This document shows positions 9,243 through 14,667 of a stretch of 14,667 nt of DNA, piece by piece; the first letter of the stretch is position 1; every line of letters starts with the position of its first letter. Made by a program: the position numbers and the translations under genes. The notes beneath the pieces were generated by a model. That model did not search any database and was not told the DNA's origin. It saw only the letters and a list, made by a program, of their open reading frames with translations. The stretch is taken from NCBI GenBank assembly GCA_047617785.1, contig JBLGBK010000015.1, positions 1-14,667 of the forward strand, in the 5' to 3' direction. This DNA comes from Colwellia polaris (GTDB lineage Archaea > Nanohalarchaeota > Nanosalinia > Nanosalinales > Nanosalinaceae).

Positions 9243-9337
9243 CTTATAAATGGTCAAGCCTCGGACTGTTGGTCGCAGACAGGGTCTCTACCTTGTCGCC
9301 TGTCCGCATCCATGAACATGATTCAAAACTTTATATA
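9243..9337 (-). promoter_or_regulatory. Tandem TATA boxes; candidate rRNA promoters
   Basis: Minus-strand tatataaa (9330-9337) and tttataag (9243-9250) lie upstream of the structured rRNA leader. Confidence 0.55.
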
Positions 9338-9347
9338 GGGTTCGATT

Positions 9348-10007
9348 CTAGAAATTTGAATTCCACTTTTCCAGTGCGTCTTCCTGTCTTTTAGGCATTA
9401 CTTCCAAAGTAATTTTTCCGTCGAACTTTTCTTTGATTGTCTTAATTGTCTGCTCCATGTTCATCTTCCCTTCTCCAAACGGCAATCCGTCATTTTTCAT
9501 CGTGGAGTCGCATACATGGATCAAAGATATCTGTTTTCGGTGATTGTTCAAGAAGTGATCTAGATGCTCTTGGAACTTCTGGTCTGACGACATGTAAAGA
9601 TGTGCCGTATCCAAAACCATTTGATGTCCGGCATTAGGGATCATCTTCTCTAGGTGAGGTATGCTCATACCAGGATTGTTCTCGTACGCATAATCTGACT
9701 GAAAGTTGTAGTTCTCAAGAACTTTCTCAATATGGAAGTGATGCAAGTACTGCGAGTGGACGACCAATGTAGCATCAAGCTTATCTGCTAGTTCATCACT
9801 CTTAACAAAATATTCTTCGTCTTCGGGAAGAACGTGAGGCGTGTGTACAGAGCTGATATTAATTTCTGCCTCTCTGCACCTAGCTAGTGTCTGTTCGAAG
9901 TTGTCAACATGATGCTTCTTCAGATAGAGCTCAACGTTCTCAAATCCCTTCTCTCGAAGCTCTCTAAACCTGTCAGGTTCCGGTTTGCATTTTCCTGCTA
10001 CTATCAT
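9348..10007 (-). CDS. Sugar phosphate isomerase/epimerase family TIM-barrel protein (AP endonuclease 2 / xylose isomerase-like)
   Basis: GFENVELY, SVHTPH, VVH, YEN, VLDTAHL, IHVCD and TLEV metal-ligand pattern. ATG at 10007 (MIVAGK) is preferred over the track's TTG at 10019. Confidence 0.85.
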   Translation of the reverse strand: MIVAGKCKPEPDRFRELREKGFENVELYLKKHHVDNFEQTLARCREAEINISSVHTPHVLPEDEEYFVKSDELADKLDATLVVHSQYLHHFHIEKVLENYNFQSDYAYENNPGMSIPHLEKMIPNAGHQMVLDTAHLYMSSDQKFQEHLDHFLNNHRKQISLIHVCDSTMKNDGLPFGEGKMNMEQTIKTIKEKFDGKITLEVMPKRQEDALEKWNSNF

Positions 10008-10051
10008 AGAAAAATACAAGATAGAAGGAAGATTATGTTATTAATTGTCTT

Positions 10052-11272
10052 TTACTCTCTTGCCTCAATTGACTCTACAATTTTCCTAACACCGATTAGA
10101 TAGGCTGCCTCTCTCCCGTACAATGATTCATTATTACGGGCGTTCTGGAATTGGCTATATGCGTTCTGAATGTTCTCTTTCAGCTTCTCAAGCACTTTTT
10201 CCCTGCTCCAGTACTCGCCGGACCGGTTTTGCACCCATTCATAGTAGGATACTGTTACTCCACCAGAATTAGCCAGTATGTCTGGAATCATTTCCACTCC
10301 ATTCGCTTCCAGGATTCTGTCGGCTTCATTTGTAGTCGGTCCATTGGCGATTTCGATAACATAATCGGCTCTCACGCTATCAGCATTCTCTTCTGTTATA
10401 ACTTTCTCTAGAGCAGCGGGGACAAGAAAGTCAACATTCATAGCTAACAGTTCTTCATTGCTAATTTTGTCCCCCTTCTTACAGACTGTTCCGTGATCTC
10501 TCTTGCATGTTTTAAGTTCGCTATAACGAAATCCTTCTTCTTTCTTCGTTGCACCAGCAGAATCAGATACTGCAACCACATTTACGCCTAATTCGTCAAG
10601 AAGTTCTACTGCGGGAGCTGCAGCGTTACCAAATCCTTGTACGGCAGCAGTTAAGTTATCTGACTGAAGGTCATTCTCTTCAATTATTTTTTCAATAATG
10701 TAAACTGCTCCATAGCCAGTTGCTTCTGCTCGGCCCTTACTTCCAAACACCTCTACAGGCTTACCGGTTATTACGCCAGATACAAGCTCTTTATCTCCCT
10801 TGTTATACTCATCCATCATCCAGGACATCTGCTTGCCGCCAGTATTCATATCGGGAGCCGGAACATCTTTGTTCTCACCTATTATCTCGCTTATCGAATT
10901 GATGTATTTTCTGGAAAGTCTTTCTTCTTCAGAACAAGATAAATCTTCCGGGTTAACCTTGACTCCGCCTTTCGCTCCGCCAAAGGGAATGTCTGCTACA
11001 GCAGTCTTCAAACTCATCCAGAGGCTTAACGCCTTTACCTCCTTCTGATTTAAGTTTCCAGAAAAACGGATTCCTCCCTTGTAGACCCCTCTTGTATTCG
11101 AATGCTGGCTTCTAAAGCCTTTGAAGATCTTTTTCTCGCCGTCATCCATTTTAACAGTGAAACTGGTTTCTACAAACCTATCTGGGTTAGATAACTGTTC
11201 GTAGTATTCCTCTTTTCCTAAGTGTTCAAGAGTATTTTTCAGATTCTGCTTTGCATCATCAAGTTCGGACAT
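10052..11272 (-). CDS. gdhA: Glutamate dehydrogenase (Glu/Leu/Phe/Val dehydrogenase family)
   Basis: YKGGIRF, MSLKTA, PFGGAKGG, DVPAPDMNT, TGKP, ATGYG, QGFGN, EIANGPTT, PDILANSGGVTVSYYEWVQN. Confidence 0.96.
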   Translation of the reverse strand: MSELDDAKQNLKNTLEHLGKEEYYEQLSNPDRFVETSFTVKMDDGEKKIFKGFRSQHSNTRGVYKGGIRFSGNLNQKEVKALSLWMSLKTAVADIPFGGAKGGVKVNPEDLSCSEEERLSRKYINSISEIIGENKDVPAPDMNTGGKQMSWMMDEYNKGDKELVSGVITGKPVEVFGSKGRAEATGYGAVYIIEKIIEENDLQSDNLTAAVQGFGNAAAPAVELLDELGVNVVAVSDSAGATKKEEGFRYSELKTCKRDHGTVCKKGDKISNEELLAMNVDFLVPAALEKVITEENADSVRADYVIEIANGPTTNEADRILEANGVEMIPDILANSGGVTVSYYEWVQNRSGEYWSREKVLEKLKENIQNAYSQFQNARNNESLYGREAAYLIGVRKIVESIEARE

Positions 11273-11325
11273 AACAATTCAGGAATTAGTTAGGCTTGTT
11301 TTAGTAAGAACCAGTTACCTTGGGC

Positions 11326-12726
11326 TTAGCTGCAGTCGCTGTAACCTGTTGCCTCGTTTCCATCTGCTTGATCTGTGACCTCTCTACACAGATAGAATCC
11401 ATTTGAATAACTAGACTGGAATCTGAATGTGAATGTTTCTTGGTAATCTCCGCTGCCAAATTCCGTAGTTCCACTGAGACCTGTTGCTTGTTCTACATTG
11501 TTGACTGTAATATTGGCTTCTTCAAGATTATTGGCGGGGTCGGTTGCTTCCCATTCTATATCATATCTTGCTCCTCTACCCCTATTACTATTGTCTGAAA
11601 CTGTGAAATCTACTATTTCCGGCTGCTGGTAGATGTCGATAGTTTTGCTACTTGTTCTTCCTTCATATTCTATTCCAATCTCCTGTCCTGTTCCAGCATC
11701 TACTTCTGCACTGTCTAGGACGGTGTTGAAGGTAACAGTCTTCGTTTCATCTTCTACTTCTACTTGTTGGAATTCGATTACTTCGTAATCCGCGCCTTCA
11801 GCACCTGTTATATCCGAACCCAATCTTAGCTGTGCGTTATCGCTGCTAGAAGGCCCGTTACTTGTAATCTCGGCTGAAGCTTCTATTTCTGTGTCCTGAT
11901 ATCCTGTATCAGGGGCGTCTATATTTGATACTACGAAATCCTGACTTGGTTCCTGAACAGTTACTGTATCTGAAGATGTCTCATTATTGCTTCGTACCTC
12001 TACAGTATAGTCTCCAGTCGAACCTGTTGTATAAGTGAAAGTCCCGGAAGAGGAGTCTCCAGGCTCAAGTTCTACATTCAAGCTTTCTTCTACTGTTCCA
12101 TCGTATCTGAATTCTATAGTCTGTGTTGAAGATTTAGTTCCTGTGTTTTCTATATTATAGTCTACTTCAAGAATTTCTCCTTCCTCCACAGGAGAGTTAG
12201 TATCTTCTATTGTCGTTGCCAAATAGGAGGTGTCTTCAGAAGGTTCAAATGGATCGTAGCTTTCAGAGAATATCTCTGCATTTGTAGTAATAGTTCCTGT
12301 TGCTTTTTGGCTAGGAAGAATATCACCGCGATCATAAGTCAGTTCAACATTATAGGTGTTACAGCTGTTGCTCTTCTCAAATCCATTAATATTGAAAACC
12401 TCTGTTTCTCCGGAAGTGATTATCTGAGCATCAGGGCTTGCAACAATTGTCTCACCAGTATCTCGATTCTTAACCTGTATTTCTTTCAACTGGTTGTAGA
12501 ACCCCTGTGAATCCTGGTTTTCCACAGAAAGCATCATATCAGCACTGTCTGCAGACATTCCAAAGTCTTCAACTCGCAAGCTTTGACCAGTGAACCCTGA
12601 GACAGAATCTTGGCAAAAAGCTGCACCTGTAGAACTGTATACTATGCCAGAGACCATGGCGACGGCCGCAAGCATCCAACCATAGGTTGCCAGATACTCT
12701 ATAGCTGCCTGCCCTTTGAAAGCCAT
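11326..12726 (-). CDS. Class III signal peptide (type IV pilin-like) protein with C-terminal CARDB/Ig-like domains
   Basis: MAFKG|QAAIEYLATYGWMLAAVAMVSGIVY prepilin cleavage motif plus TM helix. A Cys-containing pilin-like domain follows, then a CARDB-like VDYNIENTG..LEPGDS..GDYTVEV segment and two more acidic beta domains. TATA at 12751-12756. Confidence 0.88.
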   Translation of the reverse strand: MAFKGQAAIEYLATYGWMLAAVAMVSGIVYSSTGAAFCQDSVSGFTGQSLRVEDFGMSADSADMMLSVENQDSQGFYNQLKEIQVKNRDTGETIVASPDAQIITSGETEVFNINGFEKSNSCNTYNVELTYDRGDILPSQKATGTITTNAEIFSESYDPFEPSEDTSYLATTIEDTNSPVEEGEILEVDYNIENTGTKSSTQTIEFRYDGTVEESLNVELEPGDSSSGTFTYTTGSTGDYTVEVRSNNETSSDTVTVQEPSQDFVVSNIDAPDTGYQDTEIEASAEITSNGPSSSDNAQLRLGSDITGAEGADYEVIEFQQVEVEDETKTVTFNTVLDSAEVDAGTGQEIGIEYEGRTSSKTIDIYQQPEIVDFTVSDNSNRGRGARYDIEWEATDPANNLEEANITVNNVEQATGLSGTTEFGSGDYQETFTFRFQSSYSNGFYLCREVTDQADGNEATGYSDCS

Positions 12727-12780
12727 AACTAATTATAGGGTTGGATCGGGTTTAAATCTATCTTGGAGTTTATAATCGGT

Positions 12781-13536
12781 CTATACGAAGACCAGATATA
12801 GCCCGGAAAGCGCTAGGAACAGACTTACTATGATTTTCAGTTTCCTTGTATCTGTGTTCTGCGCATAGTACCATCCAAATATCTGCGATAATACATAAGG
12901 AGCGCCCATTATCAGCAGTAAGCTGGTCGAGATTTTCCCTGAGTTAATGTAGTTGACGGCTGTTGAAGTCGTTACGAAGAAGCCCTGTACAAGCCCTGCT
13001 CCGATTGCCTCAAGTACAGGGATTCCAACTATTACAAGTATAGGTATTGAAAGCGCAGGACCTCCTATACCGGTTAAACCGCCTATAAAACCTACCAAAA
13101 TCCCAATTACCACCGTGGTTATTTTCCCTGATTTTTCATTAAGATCAATATCATGTATAGAATTCAGTTCGTTGAACTCTCTATAGGTTACTATAACGCC
13201 TGTAAGTACGGCAAGCACACCTATTATCAGGTTGAAGGTTTCTTCAGGCATAAACTGGTTGAAATAAACTCCTATAGGCGTTCCAATCAATGTAGGCGCT
13301 GCAAGTAGTACTGCAAGATCTTTTCTAATATCTCCTGAATAAGCATACATGCTAGCCGCGAACAAAGTCGCAAAGGAAAATATCGTGCTTGTTGTGCCTG
13401 CCTGAACGGCAGGTGAAACTGCGGTCAAAGCGGTTATACCGATGATTACCGGCATGCCGCCAGGACCGCCTAAACCTGCGATAACGCCTCCAGTTATACT
13501 TAATACTAGCAATGCTGCTACGGTTTCAGGAAACAT
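12781..13536 (-). CDS. Sulfite exporter TauE/SafE family membrane protein
   Basis: 251 aa, about 8 TM segments, internal duplication GGVIAGLGGPGG / GFIGGLTGIGGP, plus AGTTS and GTPIG motifs. Confidence 0.88.
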   Translation of the reverse strand: MFPETVAALLVLSITGGVIAGLGGPGGMPVIIGITALTAVSPAVQAGTTSTIFSFATLFAASMYAYSGDIRKDLAVLLAAPTLIGTPIGVYFNQFMPEETFNLIIGVLAVLTGVIVTYREFNELNSIHDIDLNEKSGKITTVVIGILVGFIGGLTGIGGPALSIPILVIVGIPVLEAIGAGLVQGFFVTTSTAVNYINSGKISTSLLLIMGAPYVLSQIFGWYYAQNTDTRKLKIIVSLFLALSGLYLVFV

Positions 13537-13584
13537 GATATACTGTTTTCCGAAGACTAGAATAAAAGTGATTAGAAGATTTTG

Positions 13585-13608
13585 AAAAAGGAGGTGTGTT
13601 GTACCTCC
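13585..13608 (-). terminator. Hairpin plus U-tract; candidate terminator
   Basis: The minus strand reads ggaggt-acaacac-acctcc-ttttt, downstream of the 111-aa gene and upstream of the TauE promoter region. Confidence 0.4.
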
Positions 13609-13796
13609 AAAGAACTGTTAGGATTAATCTATGCGATTTTTGGTCTGAAAGGTTGCATTAAACATTCTAAGCCTGAGAAAGGTTTTTTAGTTGAATAAGA
13701 AACAAGAATTGGGCTGTATGAGAGGTAGTTCTATTAGATAGGTCAAGGAATAGAATATTAACCAAGACGGGTTTTCTCTTGCCTATTCCTTAGGAT

Positions 13797-14132
13797 TTAA
13801 AGGTCGAAAGCTTCTATCATGCCTTTCATTCTTGTACCAAGATCTTTCAATAGCTCATGCTCTTTCTCTACGTCCTCGTGAATTTCTCTAACTCTTTCAA
13901 GCATCTCCTCGAGATCTTGCTTTTCTTCAGCTTGAATTCGGCTCACCTTCTCGCCTTCTGCCACTTCTTCTCGTTCGTGTAATTTCTCCAATTCTTCTAC
14001 GAGCTCTAATAATTCGTTCGTGTCTTTTTCATCTTGATCTTCTCCTTGCTTTAGTTTCTTGATTTCTTCGAAAATTTGCTTTAGCTCTCTAGTTCGTTCT
14101 TTTCTACCAAAAGGAGTGTCATAAGACGGCAT
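13797..14132 (-). CDS. Hypothetical acidic coiled-coil protein (111 aa)
   Basis: E/K/L-rich helical heptad-like sequence, with TATA tttaaa at 14157-14162, 24 nt upstream of the ATG. Confidence 0.82.
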   Translation of the reverse strand: MPSYDTPFGRKERTRELKQIFEEIKKLKQGEDQDEKDTNELLELVEELEKLHEREEVAEGEKVSRIQAEEKQDLEEMLERVREIHEDVEKEHELLKDLGTRMKGMIEAFDL

Positions 14133-14230
14133 AATTAAAGGGCATTGGTCCAGAAATTTAAATAATTTTTAGTGATGGCACGAACTCTTGCTTATCTGTA
14201 AACTGCGTTGATAATGGGTTCTAAAAGCCT

Positions 14231-14536
14231 TTTAGAGGGGAAAAACTGCCTCCAAACATGCTGTTCGGACTATTGTTTGATCGCTGTCTGTATTTATTAA
14301 GTTTTATTGGATTCTCCAATTAGTAACAAACTTTTTCATTTTGTTTTTGTGCTCTGATCGCGTATTCCGTACCTTTTGGATCGCGGTGTATATCTAGGTT
14401 ATATAGATCTGCTATACTGGCGATAATCTCGGAGATAAAAAGCAAATTCGCGTTTAATTCGTTCATTATCTACGTCTAGTACGACGTTCCCATTATAACC
14501 AGTCCCGTCGAAAGTTACCTCTGTATCAAACTTTGT
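14231..14536 (-). pseudogene. Possible degraded gene remnant
   Basis: Protein-like stretch TKFDTEVTFDGTGYNGNVVLDVDNE continues in a shifted frame as LNANLLFISEIIASIADLYNLDIHRDPKGTEYAIRAQKQNEKVCY*LENP. No start codon, with internal stops. Confidence 0.25.
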
Positions 14537-14667
14537 TCAAAGAAATTTCAGATTAGGCAGGTTTCAGCGGCTACAACAAAGAACTAACAAATTATCAGGG
14601 ACTATATGCGGCCTATAAAGCTGAAGATATTATCCGCGCTGAACACAGGATTGAAGGGCGGAGGGCG

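Noticed and set aside
10615-10645. GDH motif GFGNAA as a cofactor-specificity signal
   Set aside because: GxGxxA versus GxGxxG is not a reliable NAD/NADP predictor in this family.
9446-13186. Plus-strand ORFs 9446-9637, 9909-10103, 10151-10411, 10720-10902, 10800-11048, 12307-12510 and 12953-13186
   Set aside because: They are antisense to confidently identified minus-strand genes.

Overview
This is an archaeal window, most likely from a DPANN nanohaloarchaeon. The assignment is inferred from the divergent archaeal 16S, the acidic proteins, the low GC and the leaderless TATA-ATG gene starts. The ORF track misses the largest gene: a minus-strand ORF starting at ATG 3780 that stays open for 1260 codons and runs off the left edge. 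It encodes a signal peptide, a glycine-rich head, two sequon-dense Ig-like domains and about 40 degenerate 20-aa Arg-patterned repeats. Directly upstream on the same strand are a secreted or anchored protein resembling phage tail-collar/tail-fibre attachment proteins and a small 2-TM protein. Together these look like a cell-encoded, phage-tail-like attachment fibre, the best candidate for a novel system. The rest of the window holds an AlkP/sulfatase-superfamily plus GT2 gene pair, a stand-alone 16S rRNA gene with decoding-site substitutions, a TIM-barrel isomerase-family gene, glutamate dehydrogenase, a class III signal (pilin-like) Ig-domain protein, a TauE/SafE membrane protein, a coiled-coil protein and probable gene remnants. 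All family calls come from motif recognition by eye, with no database searches.
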